64,000 bases of DNA. Source: Blastocatellia bacterium (GTDB lineage Bacteria > Acidobacteriota > Blastocatellia > UBA7656). Shown here in pieces: positions 46,751 to 56,492 of the stretch; the first letter of the stretch is position 1; each line of letters starts with the position of its first letter. The position numbers were made by a program, and so were the translations under genes. Under the pieces are notes generated by a model. That model made no database searches. It worked only from the letters and a program-made list of their open reading frames with translations, and was not told where the DNA came from. Location of the stretch: the NCBI GenBank assembly GCA_046565505.1, contig JBKHYJ010000061.1, positions 26,552 to 90,551 of the forward strand, given 5' to 3'.

Positions 46751-46827
46751 TCTCGTTCGCCGACCGACCTCCCCAGACCTAAAATCGCCATGCCGGCCGG
46801 TTCAGGCTGACGGGCGGTCACTTTTGT

Positions 46828-46837
46828 ATGCTATATT
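46828..46837 (+). promoter_or_regulatory. Extended -10 element TGcTATATT upstream of rnc
   Basis: TG at 46829-46830 and TATATT at 46832-46837, about 40 nt upstream of the rnc ATG. No convincing -35. Confidence 0.25.
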
Positions 46838-46876
46838 GTCAGGGCGGGCGAGATTAAGGCTTGCCCGAAGCGCGTT

Positions 46877-47917
46877 ATGATTCTACTCGAACGCGAAAAA
46901 TTGCTTTCCGAGCTTGAGCAAAAGATCGGTTACTCTTTCCGCTCGCGCGCGCTGCTTGACCGCGCGCTCACTCACCGCTCATTCGCCAACGAGCGCGCGG
47001 CAGAAAAATGTTTGCACAACGAGGCGCTGGAATTCCTGGGCGACGCCGTGCTCGGGTTCATCGTCAGCGCGTGGCTGCTAGAGCGTTTCCCCGAGCTTTC
47101 CGAAGGGAAGCTGTCGAAGATGAAAGCCTACCTGGTGAGCGAGGCGAGTCTCGTCGAGCTTGCCGAGGATATAGACCTCGGCCGCTACATCCTTCTCAAC
47201 CGCGGCGAGGAGAAGACGGGCGGGCGACAAAAACGGGCGCTCCTGGCCGACGCTTACGAGGCGCTCATAGGGGTGCTTTACATTGATGGCGGGATCAGTG
47301 TCGCGGAGCGTTTCCTGCGCCATGAGCTGCGCCATAAGGTGACCGCTATAGACCCGACCTCCATGATAGGGACCGATTACAAATCGGCGCTACAAGAGCA
47401 GCTACAGGCGGCGGGGGCGTCCGCCCCGGATTATGCGGTGGTCGAGGTCCTCGGGCCCGACCACCGTCGCACGTTCCGAGTCGAGCTTCGCGTGGCAGGC
47501 CGCCCGGTGGCGCGCGGCGAAGGTCACACCATTAAGATCGCACAACAGGATGCCGCCCGTGCCGCACTCGCAGACCCCGCGGCCCTCCGCCGCTTAGCAG
47601 GCGGAGAGGGCTACGTCCCGCCGGTCGATGGCGATGAAGGCCAGGCATTCGGCGGCTTCGAGGCCGCGCCGGAGCGCGGATTATCATCGGAGGGTGATGA
47701 CCGCCCATCGCATGCCCGCCGCGTCATGGACGGCGCGCGCGATTCATTTGAGCGAATGGGCGGCCGCGAAGAATCGGACGCGACATCGGACGCGACAATG
47801 GCTTCTCCGTCTTTCGGAGGGTCTGCTGGCGCGCGGCCTGAATCCGGCAGTAACATGGAACTTTCGGCCGATGCCGAAACAGAGGACGAAGCGCGCGGCG
47901 TCGCCACCGACGCTTGA
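46877..47917 (+). CDS. rnc: Ribonuclease III with a C-terminal extension of about 110 aa
   Basis: RNase III signature HRSFANE...NEALEFLGDAVLG, the catalytic D/E-containing core, and a dsRBD (FRVELRVAGRPVARGEGHTIKIAQQDAA). It is followed by an acidic low-complexity tail. Confidence 0.9.
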   Translation: MILLEREKLLSELEQKIGYSFRSRALLDRALTHRSFANERAAEKCLHNEALEFLGDAVLGFIVSAWLLERFPELSEGKLSKMKAYLVSEASLVELAEDIDLGRYILLNRGEEKTGGRQKRALLADAYEALIGVLYIDGGISVAERFLRHELRHKVTAIDPTSMIGTDYKSALQEQLQAAGASAPDYAVVEVLGPDHRRTFRVELRVAGRPVARGEGHTIKIAQQDAARAALADPAALRRLAGGEGYVPPVDGDEGQAFGGFEAAPERGLSSEGDDRPSHARRVMDGARDSFERMGGREESDATSDATMASPSFGGSAGARPESGSNMELSADAETEDEARGVATDA

Positions 47918-47952
47918 ACTACCGGCGTAGAGAATTCGGAGTGACGAAATTT

Positions 47953-48930
47953 ATGAGCGACGAATTGGATTTGAGAACTGAGGAGCAGGCCGCCCGGGCC
48001 GGCAGGCCCGACGTGCGCGAGGTGAGCGCGCCGCGCGAGTTGCCGCCGCCCGAGATACGAACTATGGACGTGCCGGAGAATAAGAAGCACGAGCCGCCCT
48101 TTAGAAAGAGTCTGCCGCGGGAGTACTTCGAGTCGGCCGTCGTGACGCTCATCATGGCCTTATTCGGCATGACGTTCATCGTCCAGGCGGTGAAGGTCCC
48201 GACGGGCTCTATGAAGGATACGATCTGGATTCAGGACCACTTGCTCGTCAACAAATTCATCTTTGGCCCGCACGAGCGGTTGAACCTCCCGCTATTCCCC
48301 ACGCGCGATATTAAGCGGGGCGACGTGATAGTCTTCAAGTACCCCGTCGAGCCTCAGACCAACTTCGTTAAGCGCGTCATAGGCCTGCCCGGGGAGACAA
48401 TCGAATACAAAGGCAACCGCGTATACATCAACGGCCAGGAGCTGCCCGAGCACCGCATCTACGTCGAGCGCGAGGCGAGCAGCAGCAGCCCGGACCCGCT
48501 CAAGCATGTCCGCGACGACGGCGCGCAGGCGGGCGCGCAGTGGACCGTCTATAATTACGAGGACGAAGAAGAGAGCGTCGCCGCGAGGTTCAGCGACGAG
48601 AGCGAGAAATTCGGCGTGCGACAGCCATCTAAAGTGCCCGTTAAAGGCGACCCGGTGTCGGACGAGATCAAGAATAACCCTCACCTTCAGCACATATACG
48701 ACGCGGACGGCGACGGGCTCTATGACAGCGACCAGTATTTCTGCATGGGCGACAACCGCGATAACAGCCTCGACAGCCGGTTCTGGGGCACGGTCCCGCG
48801 CAGCAGCATCGTGGGCCGGGCGATGTTCGTTTACTGGTCTATAGACCGCAGCGACCCGGGCTCGGGCAGCCTGCTGGTTGATTTCTTTACCAAGTCGCGC
48901 TGGTCGCGCACCGGCACGTTCATCAAGTAG
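47953..48930 (+). CDS. lepB: Signal peptidase I
   Basis: S26 boxes SMKDTI (Ser), GDVIVFKYP, VKRVIGLPGE and GDNRDNSLDSRFWG. The upstream in-frame TTG at 47914 overlaps the rnc stop. Confidence 0.85.
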   Translation: MSDELDLRTEEQAARAGRPDVREVSAPRELPPPEIRTMDVPENKKHEPPFRKSLPREYFESAVVTLIMALFGMTFIVQAVKVPTGSMKDTIWIQDHLLVNKFIFGPHERLNLPLFPTRDIKRGDVIVFKYPVEPQTNFVKRVIGLPGETIEYKGNRVYINGQELPEHRIYVEREASSSSPDPLKHVRDDGAQAGAQWTVYNYEDEEESVAARFSDESEKFGVRQPSKVPVKGDPVSDEIKNNPHLQHIYDADGDGLYDSDQYFCMGDNRDNSLDSRFWGTVPRSSIVGRAMFVYWSIDRSDPGSGSLLVDFFTKSRWSRTGTFIK

Positions 48931-48948
48931 CGAAGGGCGCGGGCGACT

Positions 48949-49434
48949 ATGGTTCCGCCCGACGCCCATCAGTCCCAAGGGGCCCGCGCAGTGAAATCAG
49001 AGCATCAGGAAGCCGCCGCGCACGCCGCGGCCACGGGCGGCGACGGACCCGCGCCCGAGGAATTGAATTCCATCGACAGGCAGTTGTTAGAAGTGCGCTC
49101 GCAGATAAGCGACCTGGGCTACGAGGTTGACTTACACAAGGCAGGCGTCGCCGCGTCGATGGGGGGCGGATTATTTTTGCTTTTACTGGCCGCGGGCGCG
49201 GGGTACGACCTGATGACGGGCAAGGCAGGCGTCTGGTCGCCTGTCGGCGTGACCCATGACCTGCTCTTATTTATCGCATGGGGGCTGGGGGCGGCGGGGG
49301 CGGCGTTGCTGGCGCAGGGGGTTGTCCGTCAGCGCGGCCGCGACCTCAAGCGGGAGGCACTGCTCGCGGACCTCGAACAACAGTACTCCCGCCTGCTCGA
49401 ACGCAAGGGGGCCATCTCGCAAGAACGGCCATGA
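48949..49434 (+). CDS. Hypothetical membrane protein
   Basis: Two predicted hydrophobic helices (GGGLFLLLLAAGAGY and LLLFIAWGLGAAGAALLA). No recognisable domain. Confidence 0.35.
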   Translation: MVPPDAHQSQGARAVKSEHQEAAAHAAATGGDGPAPEELNSIDRQLLEVRSQISDLGYEVDLHKAGVAASMGGGLFLLLLAAGAGYDLMTGKAGVWSPVGVTHDLLLFIAWGLGAAGAALLAQGVVRQRGRDLKREALLADLEQQYSRLLERKGAISQERP

Positions 49435-49499
49435 AGAAATTCGGCGGGCCACCACGCGGTCAGGGCGGCCCGCCGAAATCAAATCCAGATGAAGTGCCG

Positions 49500-50306
49500 C
49501 TACTGGCCGGACGGTTTATTGAACTTCGTATCCTCGACCGGAACGTTATGCTTGACCTCTTCGACCTTTATCGTGAAGCTGATGGCCGGAGTGACCTGCC
49601 TGACCGTGAACGGCATCTTGATGCCATCTACCTCCCTGTAATCCTCCAGGTAAGTCTCAACGTGCATCTTGCCTTGCGGGGTCTCCGCCTCTCTGTCGCT
49701 GCGGAGCAGTAGACCGGTCTGTGTGTCGAAGTAGAGTTGGGCCGGGCTGCCTTCGGATGGCGTAGCCTCTACGACGTACACCTCTTTATCGCCCACCTTG
49801 TCTTTGCCCTTGACGGTCATCTTTGGATACATCTCTTTGAATTTGATGTCGGCGTAGAATTCTGCCTCGCGCTTCGCGGACACTAACTCACCGCCGCTCA
49901 ATTCGCGCAGCCCGCTCGTGGGCTCCTGCGCCCAGGCGACCGCGCCATTGTAGCCCTGCTGGACTGTGCCGAAGCCGGGGATGTTGATTATCACCAGGTT
50001 CTTGTTAGGTGCCTTCGCGTACATCTCTATGGGCCCGCCCGCGCCCATCGCAGGAATCTCAAACGTCCCTTTGGAGACCCGGCTGGTCACTTTTTCGACC
50101 GCGGCTTTGCCGCCGATCGCTTGCACGAATTTGTCTAGTATCTGGTCAACGCTCGGCAGCGCCGCGGCAGGTTTCGCGTCGGCAGGCTTCGTCTCCGCTG
50201 GCTTCGCGGGCTGCTGCCCCGCGGCCGGTTTCTGCTGACTGCCCTGCGCGAACGCTGATGCCGCAAGCATCGCGCAGGTGAGTGCCATCGTCATTGTTCG
50301 CTTCAT
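49500..50306 (-). CDS. Hypothetical secreted protein
   Basis: Signal peptide MKRTMTMALTCAMLAASAFAQ chosen as the start (ATG at 50306). The ORF-track frame opens further upstream at 50399. Beta-rich, with no catalytic motif. Confidence 0.5.
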   Translation of the reverse strand: MKRTMTMALTCAMLAASAFAQGSQQKPAAGQQPAKPAETKPADAKPAAALPSVDQILDKFVQAIGGKAAVEKVTSRVSKGTFEIPAMGAGGPIEMYAKAPNKNLVIINIPGFGTVQQGYNGAVAWAQEPTSGLRELSGGELVSAKREAEFYADIKFKEMYPKMTVKGKDKVGDKEVYVVEATPSEGSPAQLYFDTQTGLLLRSDREAETPQGKMHVETYLEDYREVDGIKMPFTVRQVTPAISFTIKVEEVKHNVPVEDTKFNKPSGQ

Positions 50307-50409
50307 GATTTTATCCTTTCTTACCCTAAACAGTGATGAGTGATAAATAAAACGTAATGAGTCATGCGTGACGGCCGTGGCCTGCGACGCCCGTGTCACG
50401 CATCACGCA

Positions 50410-51705
50410 TCACGTTTTACTTTTTCTGATCTGCTCGATCGCGGCCTCCAGTTGCGAGTCGCGGCCTTCGAGCAGAGCGCGGCGCGAGAGACTCACTTCA
50501 ACATCGGGTCTGACCCCGCGCCCTTCTATCAGCACGCCCTTCGGGGTCTTAAAGTCGGCGACCGCGTATTGCAGCCGCGCGCCCGTGGGCAGTTGAATAA
50601 TCTGCGACGGCAGGGCCGCGCCCATGCTCTGCTCCCCCACCACGGTCGCGCGGCCAAGCTCCTGAATCCCGGCCGCGAACACTTCGCTGGTTGACGCGCT
50701 GCCGCCATCGATCAGCACGACGACAGGCCCGGCGTACGCGCCCGCCTGCGGGAAGGCTATGAAGCTCAATTGAGTCGTTCGCATCTTCATGACGCCGAGC
50801 GAGACCTGTTTCGTTTCGAGCATCCCGGCTATGCCATTCGCCATGCCCCCGACCCCGCCGGGGTTGCCGCGCAGGTCTATGATGATCCCGGGCGCGTCGC
50901 TCATCTCGCGTATCGCCGCGCGTATCTTATCCATCAGCATGGTGACGAATATGTTGAAGCGGATGTACCCGATTTTGTTCTCCAGCCGCTTCGACTCGAA
51001 TTCCGTGTACTGGGGCGGGAAGTTCCCGAAGGCGGGAGACATCTCCCCTTTAAACCTTTCGCGCGTCACCACCGCCTCGCGCGGCTGGTCCTTCTCGTCG
51101 AGGTAGGTAATGCGGACGGGAGTGTCCGGCTTGCCGTTGATGCGACGGAGCACGGCGTGAATCATGAAGAGGCGTGTCATGGCGGGCGATTCCTTGCTCT
51201 TTAAGAATGGCCCGGTGATCTGCTCCACGGTCGCATCATCGACTTTCTTGATTACGAACCCCGTGCGCAGGCCGGCGCCCGCCGCGCTCGACCCCGGCTG
51301 GAGCCGCGTAATCACTGCCTGGTTGTCTATGAACCGGATGTCTATGCCGATCCCGCCGCCTTCTGGGACCTTCGACTCGCTCTGGATTATGGCCTCGGGA
51401 GGGATGACGCGGAAATGAGATTGATGCAGCTCGCCGAGCATCTGCTGTAGCAAGTCGTAAAGCTCGCCGTCACTCTTGACCGCGCTCACGCGGGGCGCGT
51501 AACGCTCGCGCACCTTGTCCCAGTCGACGCCGCCGAGCGTCGGGTCGAAATGCTTTTCTTTGACCGTGCGCCAGACCACATCAAAAGTTTCCTGGCGCAG
51601 GTCTGCCGCCGAGGCTTTCGCGCCGCCCGCCGCGGGCCCGGTCTGCGCCGCCGCGCTCGTAAGCGTCAAGGCGCATAGGTAAACAATCAGTGCGATCTTT
51701 TTCAC
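50410..51705 (-). CDS. C-terminal processing (tail-specific) peptidase S41 with PDZ domain
   Basis: The S41 motif IIDLRGNPGG and a PDZ-like GIGIDIRFIDNQAVITRLQPGSSAAGAGL. Signal peptide. A GTG start at 51705 with GAGGAA 6 nt upstream is preferred over the TTG at 51711. Confidence 0.85.
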   Translation of the reverse strand: MKKIALIVYLCALTLTSAAAQTGPAAGGAKASAADLRQETFDVVWRTVKEKHFDPTLGGVDWDKVRERYAPRVSAVKSDGELYDLLQQMLGELHQSHFRVIPPEAIIQSESKVPEGGGIGIDIRFIDNQAVITRLQPGSSAAGAGLRTGFVIKKVDDATVEQITGPFLKSKESPAMTRLFMIHAVLRRINGKPDTPVRITYLDEKDQPREAVVTRERFKGEMSPAFGNFPPQYTEFESKRLENKIGYIRFNIFVTMLMDKIRAAIREMSDAPGIIIDLRGNPGGVGGMANGIAGMLETKQVSLGVMKMRTTQLSFIAFPQAGAYAGPVVVLIDGGSASTSEVFAAGIQELGRATVVGEQSMGAALPSQIIQLPTGARLQYAVADFKTPKGVLIEGRGVRPDVEVSLSRRALLEGRDSQLEAAIEQIRKSKT

Positions 51706-51995
51706 TATCAATTCCTCAGTGGGCTAAGCTCGACAATCAGAGCGAGGGCCGCTTAAGTTGTACGATGATACGAGGACGAGACTCATCGATTCATCGCGAT
51801 TAACTGCCATAAATTTTATCGCACCCTTCGCCGGGCGGACAAGGCGATGCGGGCGGGCCGACTCGCCCTTCTCAGAATTAATACTAGACCGGGGTCGGAA
51901 TCTGATATAATTTTTCGGCCAATTCAGTTCATATAACCCATTGTCAGTTCGCCGTCTCTTCGGGTTAGAAGAGCGGCTTCCGAGGGAGATTCGCA

Positions 51996-54941
51996 GTGGA
52001 CGTCAATACACACAATCGCAGCGGCCGCGCGGCCGCCTTCATACTGATGGCCGTTATCGCGCTCGGGCCGCAGTACCCGGCCGCGGCAAAAATGGACGCC
52101 CCGGCCGCACCGGACGAGCGGGGGTTAACGAGACTACCTGACTTCAACATAAGGGCGGCCGGCAGGCGGCGGGCCGCTAAGCGCGGCGTTGATCGTAAAA
52201 AGGAGCTGCTCGCTTTAAGCCCTGCGGCGCTAGACAAAGTCGAGTTGCGGTGGGACGAAGAGTTAGACTTGCCGCATCATCTTTTCTCTCTGGGCGCGCC
52301 GCTGACGCCCCCTTCGGCAGAGGGCGCAGTGGCAATCGCAGAGAGATTCGTGCGCGACAACAGCGCTTTATTCGCCCTGGCTCAGGGCGACCTGGAGGGC
52401 GCGCGCGTGTCCGCCTACGACAGGGACGAGCGGGATGGCATCACGCGGCTGGCGCTCGAGCAGCGTGTCAGCAACGTGCGCGTGTTCGACTCCGAGATGC
52501 TATTCGCGTTGGACCGCGAGGGCAGAATAGTGTCCGAATCAGGCAGCTTCATCCCCCAGATTGAGCGCCGCGCGCCGGACCCCGCGCCCGCGCTCAGCGC
52601 CGAACAAGCCCTTCATCGGGCCGCCGCTATTTGCGGCGGGAAGCTGACGGCCCCCGTTGATGCGACGGACGACGTGACGCCCGCCCGTGAGCGAGTCGTC
52701 TTTTCATCCGAGGAGGTGGATGGCCGGTCGGAGGCGAGCCTGGTCTATTTTCCTGTGACGCGCGATGACGTGAGGCTTGCTTACCAGGTGTTGCTCTACG
52801 GGGTGCCTGACCCGCTCGACTCATACCTTGTTCTGGTAGACGCGGGCACGGGCGAGGCGCTCGTGCGCGAGTCGCTCACGTGCGCCGCCGATGGCCCCAC
52901 GGGCCGCGTGTTCGTAAAAGAAAACCCGATTTCGTCGGGAGAGCGCGAGGTCGCTTCTTTAAAGGGAGACCCGAACGCCTCGCCGCAGGGATGGGTCAGC
53001 GGGGGGCGCACGGGAGGCAACAACGCACAGGTGTTCTATAACCCCGACCTCAAAGGCGGCGCGATGGTGAGCGCGAACGCGGACGGCAATTTCGACTTCC
53101 CCATAGACCTCTCGCCCGGCCACTCCCCGCTCAATTCGAGCAATGCTTCGGCCGTGAATCTCTTCTACTGGGTCAACTACGCGCACGACAGGTTCTACGC
53201 GCTGGGCTTCGACGAGGGCTCACGTAATTTTCAGGCGAATAATTTCGGCAAGGGGGGCCGCGGGGGCGACGCCTTGCGGGCAGAGACCCTGCGCGGCGCG
53301 ATGCTCAATCAGTCGGAGACCTCTCAACTGGTGCGTAACAACGCGTACTTCAGCCCTTCGCTCGAAGGCACGCCGCCCATGCTTGCTATGCTGATGTGGA
53401 CGCTCAACCTGAACGGGCAACTGGTGGAACTCGATAGCTCTTACGACGCCGGCGTGATTATTCATGAGTATACGCATGGCGTTTCGACGCGGCTGGCGGG
53501 CACGGACAACAGCATAGGGTTGCGGTCGAACCAGGGCAGCGGGATGGGGGAAGGCTGGTCCGACTTTTTTGCCATGTCTTTCCTCAACGGCCCCGACAAG
53601 CCGTCGGGCGGGGCTTTCCCCACGGGAACCTACGTCACGGGCCGCCCGCGCGGCGTGCGCGCTTACCCCTACAGCACGAGCTTCGACACAGACCCCCTGA
53701 CGTTCGGGGACATACGCTTTAACACTGAAGTGCATGCGCAGGGCACCGTCTGGTGCTCAATACTCTGGGACATGAGGCAGGGGCTCATCGAGCGCTATGG
53801 CTTCGACGCGGGGCGACAGGCGGCCGAGCGGCTTGTCGTCGGCGGGCTGAAGCTGACGCCGCTTGCGCCGACTTTCATTGACGCGCGAAACGCGATACTC
53901 GTCGCAGACCGTGCGATCAACGGCGGCGCGAATCAAGATTTAATCTGGCGCGCGTTCGCCGCTCGGGGGCTGGGCAATTCCGCGGCCCTGGCGAACACTG
54001 CCGGCAGCGGGTATCGCATCAACGTGATCGAAGGCTACGACGTGGCGCCCGAGGCGTCGGCCGGCGCCATCGTGATTAACGACAGGCCGGGCTCTCCCAT
54101 AGTTATAGGCGAGCATGCCGAAATTGTCGTAACCGACCGGGACCTGCTCGACTCGCCCGCGGTCGATGTTCACGCGAAAAATATGCGGACAGGCGCGGAC
54201 GCGGTATTCCGCCTTGAAAGAAGCCGGCCTGGTCGTTTCGCCGCGCCCGTCGCGCTGACGCCGCCCGAAGGCGCGGGTCAGCAGGGCGTAAACATTATTG
54301 CTCAACCCGGCGACGAGATAGTGTTCTCCTACGCCAACGCCCGCAACGAATCGGGCGCGGCAGAGGCCGTCGAAACCCGGGGGGTGGCCGGCCGCCGCGT
54401 CACCCTCTACATGATTGATTTCGAGCAGGAGGCGGCCGGGTGGACGCTTCAAAATGAGTGGCATCTCACCAGCCGACGCGCGACGAGCGGGGCGACTTCC
54501 ATGTACTTCGCGAAGCGCAAAGGCCAGAACGATTCCAAATCGTATACGAAGCAGGGCAGCTCCGGCTCGGCCTTCTCACCCGTGGTAGATTTGCAAAACC
54601 TATTTAAGCCGCGGCTCGAATTCGACTACTTCTTCAGCGGCGCGGTGCAGGGCGTCCAGACCAGCTCTCCGGGCGACATCGTGAGCCTCGCCGCGAGGAA
54701 TTACCCCTTCATAGGTTCGGGCTCCCCGGTCGCAGGCGAGCCCCCGCTCGCGCTCGCGTTCGACATTCGGCCCGACCCAGACGCGGCATTTCACCCGGCG
54801 CAGGTCGAGCTGCAATTCATCGGGAAGAATCGTGCGTATTTAAATTTTGCTTTCGCCGCTTCGCAGGCGGACTTGAAGCGCAAGAAACTTGAAGGCTTCT
54901 ACATGGACAATGTTCGCCTCACGGCTGTTTCCACGAAATAG
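51996..54941 (+). CDS. Secreted M36 (fungalysin-like) zinc metallopeptidase with a long C-terminal extension
   Basis: HEXXH context VIIHEYTHGVSTRL matches the fungalysin signature HEYTHG.S.RL. Signal-like N-terminus. GTG start after GGGAG. 981 aa. Confidence 0.7.
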   Translation: MDVNTHNRSGRAAAFILMAVIALGPQYPAAAKMDAPAAPDERGLTRLPDFNIRAAGRRRAAKRGVDRKKELLALSPAALDKVELRWDEELDLPHHLFSLGAPLTPPSAEGAVAIAERFVRDNSALFALAQGDLEGARVSAYDRDERDGITRLALEQRVSNVRVFDSEMLFALDREGRIVSESGSFIPQIERRAPDPAPALSAEQALHRAAAICGGKLTAPVDATDDVTPARERVVFSSEEVDGRSEASLVYFPVTRDDVRLAYQVLLYGVPDPLDSYLVLVDAGTGEALVRESLTCAADGPTGRVFVKENPISSGEREVASLKGDPNASPQGWVSGGRTGGNNAQVFYNPDLKGGAMVSANADGNFDFPIDLSPGHSPLNSSNASAVNLFYWVNYAHDRFYALGFDEGSRNFQANNFGKGGRGGDALRAETLRGAMLNQSETSQLVRNNAYFSPSLEGTPPMLAMLMWTLNLNGQLVELDSSYDAGVIIHEYTHGVSTRLAGTDNSIGLRSNQGSGMGEGWSDFFAMSFLNGPDKPSGGAFPTGTYVTGRPRGVRAYPYSTSFDTDPLTFGDIRFNTEVHAQGTVWCSILWDMRQGLIERYGFDAGRQAAERLVVGGLKLTPLAPTFIDARNAILVADRAINGGANQDLIWRAFAARGLGNSAALANTAGSGYRINVIEGYDVAPEASAGAIVINDRPGSPIVIGEHAEIVVTDRDLLDSPAVDVHAKNMRTGADAVFRLERSRPGRFAAPVALTPPEGAGQQGVNIIAQPGDEIVFSYANARNESGAAEAVETRGVAGRRVTLYMIDFEQEAAGWTLQNEWHLTSRRATSGATSMYFAKRKGQNDSKSYTKQGSSGSAFSPVVDLQNLFKPRLEFDYFFSGAVQGVQTSSPGDIVSLAARNYPFIGSGSPVAGEPPLALAFDIRPDPDAAFHPAQVELQFIGKNRAYLNFAFAASQADLKRKKLEGFYMDNVRLTAVSTK

Positions 54942-54999
54942 TCAGGGCCGCAACGAAGCGTACGGGCGGCGCGCGCATGAGCGTCGCCCTTCGCGGGCC

Positions 55000-55037
55000 G
55001 AAAGGAGCCTCGCGCGCGCGAGGCTCCTTTCTTCTTC
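55000..55037 (+). terminator. Intrinsic terminator after the M36 peptidase gene
   Basis: Perfect 32-nt palindrome GAAAGGAGCCTCGCGCGCGCGAGGCTCCTTTC followed by TTCTTCT. Confidence 0.6.
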
Positions 55038-55303
55038 TGGAATACATGCAGGTTGTATAGAGATTTCCCATCGCCGGTACTTTATTCCCGGCACACCTGT
55101 AACCAAGCTCCCCCACCGACCCGGATCAACCCGGGCGCCGCACAAGTTGAACTCGCCTGAAGGCTAACACTTAGATCCGCTGCCGCACTATACGCCCGAG
55201 CCCAAAGTAGCTGGCATAGCATATGCACTCTTGATTCGTACCTGTTTACCAAGTTTCAAAGCCGGTTGAATGAGCACGGTCGGGAACCAGGTGAAAAGAG
55301 TTT

Positions 55304-55780
55304 ATGACGGCTTCATGGAAGTATGTGAAACGGTTGATAGCTGTGGTGCTGGGGTTGTTGGGATTAGCAAGCTGGGTCGCGCTACAAACGCCCGCCATGA
55401 TGGCCGCGTCTGTATCTTCATGCGGCACCTCCAACTCAATTACATTCGCAGGCGAATCATACGACCGGGCCGCGTATGATGGGGCAGGTCTTGCACGCGG
55501 CCGGACGGCGCGCAAGCTGCGCGGCGATATCCCGCCGGTATCTGAAGCGAATCGCGAGCACGCAGGTACTGGTATAAAGTTCATCTCGGGCGATGGCGGA
55601 TACAATTTTCACTCGGCCCCATGCGGGGCGGTAACGGGATTGCGGATTGCGCATTTGGGCATACGGAATGCGGGACTGCGCAGCGCGGTTTATAGTCCTC
55701 CCCAATCGCAATCCGCAACTATATTGAAAGCAAATCTGAAATACCGTGTCCGGCCAAGCCTGGTCATGGCTGAACGATGA
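55304..55780 (+). CDS. Doubtful ORF (158 aa, signal-like N-terminus) overlapping a palindromic repeat
   Basis: Hydrophobic N-terminus LIAVVLGLLGLASWVAL, but the body overlaps inverted repeats sharing the CGGATTGCG core and has atypical composition. Confidence 0.2.
   Translation: MTASWKYVKRLIAVVLGLLGLASWVALQTPAMMAASVSSCGTSNSITFAGESYDRAAYDGAGLARGRTARKLRGDIPPVSEANREHAGTGIKFISGDGGYNFHSAPCGAVTGLRIAHLGIRNAGLRSAVYSPPQSQSATILKANLKYRVRPSLVMAER
55641..55717. repeat. Inverted repeat with 11-bp arms TGCGGATTGCG / CGCAATCCGCA and a 55-nt spacer (palindrome family member A)
   Basis: Perfect arms at 55641-55651 and 55707-55717. The core CGGATTGCG is shared with the palindrome at 56317-56414. Confidence 0.5.
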
Positions 55781-56047
55781 AGATCAGAAAGCAACGCGGG
55801 ACGTTGGCGACATGAATGCGACCTGGCATGGCGAGAGTGCGATCTTATTGAGCGGCGGCGGCGCGAGCGCGGCTCCGCGCCGGGCAGTAGGCCGAGTGGT
55901 CTACCTTTATGTGCCGGGCGGCGACGTGGCCTAGTGTGCGGCGGGGCGTTTATATGATGAGGGTTTCAGCTGCCCCCCGCGGAGCCATCCGCAGTTTTCC
56001 CGTCGCGAAAGACCGGCGAGCGGTCGCCTTGCATGATTTACAAAGAT

Positions 56048-56120
56048 CGGATTTGGGACGAGTGATTCAAGGGAGAAGTGGTTCGGTGTCAGAATCAACA
56101 GACTCACTGTCCCAAATCCG
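56048..56120. repeat. Inverted repeat with 12-bp arms CGGATTTGGGAC / GTCCCAAATCCG and a 49-nt spacer (palindrome family member B)
   Basis: Perfect arms. The flanks extend imperfectly (GACGAGTGA / TCACTGTC). The arm core CGGATT is related to members A and C. Confidence 0.5.
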
Positions 56121-56316
56121 TAATCCGATTACTGACGGAGGCTTGTTGATGCTAATACTTCCTTTAACACGCAAGCTCTCGAACAACCACAAACAAAGTA
56201 TAGCCATCTTTTAGGAAGTGGCAATCGAAGCGGCGCGACCGTATTCGGTTCCTAATATTTCGACTCTGAATATTTCGGCCCCGCGCGTTTTAAGCGCGAA
56301 GAGTTGCCGCGCAGGC

Positions 56317-56414
56317 GGGGCAAGCTTACGGATTGCGGGATGAGACGCCCTGCCGTCAAAAGACCGCGGGGGCAGTTCCCAAGTCTCATTGCCCGCAATC
56401 CGTAAGCCTGCCCC
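56317..56414. repeat. Long inverted repeat with 30-bp arms (2 mismatches) and a 36-nt loop (palindrome family member C)
   Basis: GGGGCAAGCTTACGGATTGCGGGATGAGAC / GTCTCATTGCCCGCAATCCGTAAGCCTGCCCC. It lies directly downstream of the minus-strand sigma-54 regulator gene, with no T-tract on either side. Confidence 0.55.
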
Positions 56415-56492
56415 ACCCCCTCAGGAACCAGGGGCGGCAGGTGCCACCACGCCTGCCGCCCTGCCTAGAATGGAACTTTCCCGCCAGTGAAT

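Noticed and set aside
55095-55135. tRNA-like T-arm (CCCGG-GTTGATC-CGGG) on the minus strand
   Set aside because: The loop does not match the TTCRANY consensus, and no acceptor/anticodon arms or CCA context could be assembled.
56430-56455. Sigma-54 promoter-like TGGCAC on the minus strand near the end of the NtrC-like gene
   Set aside because: The required GC (TTGC) element at -12, five bases downstream, is absent (CTGCCGCCC).
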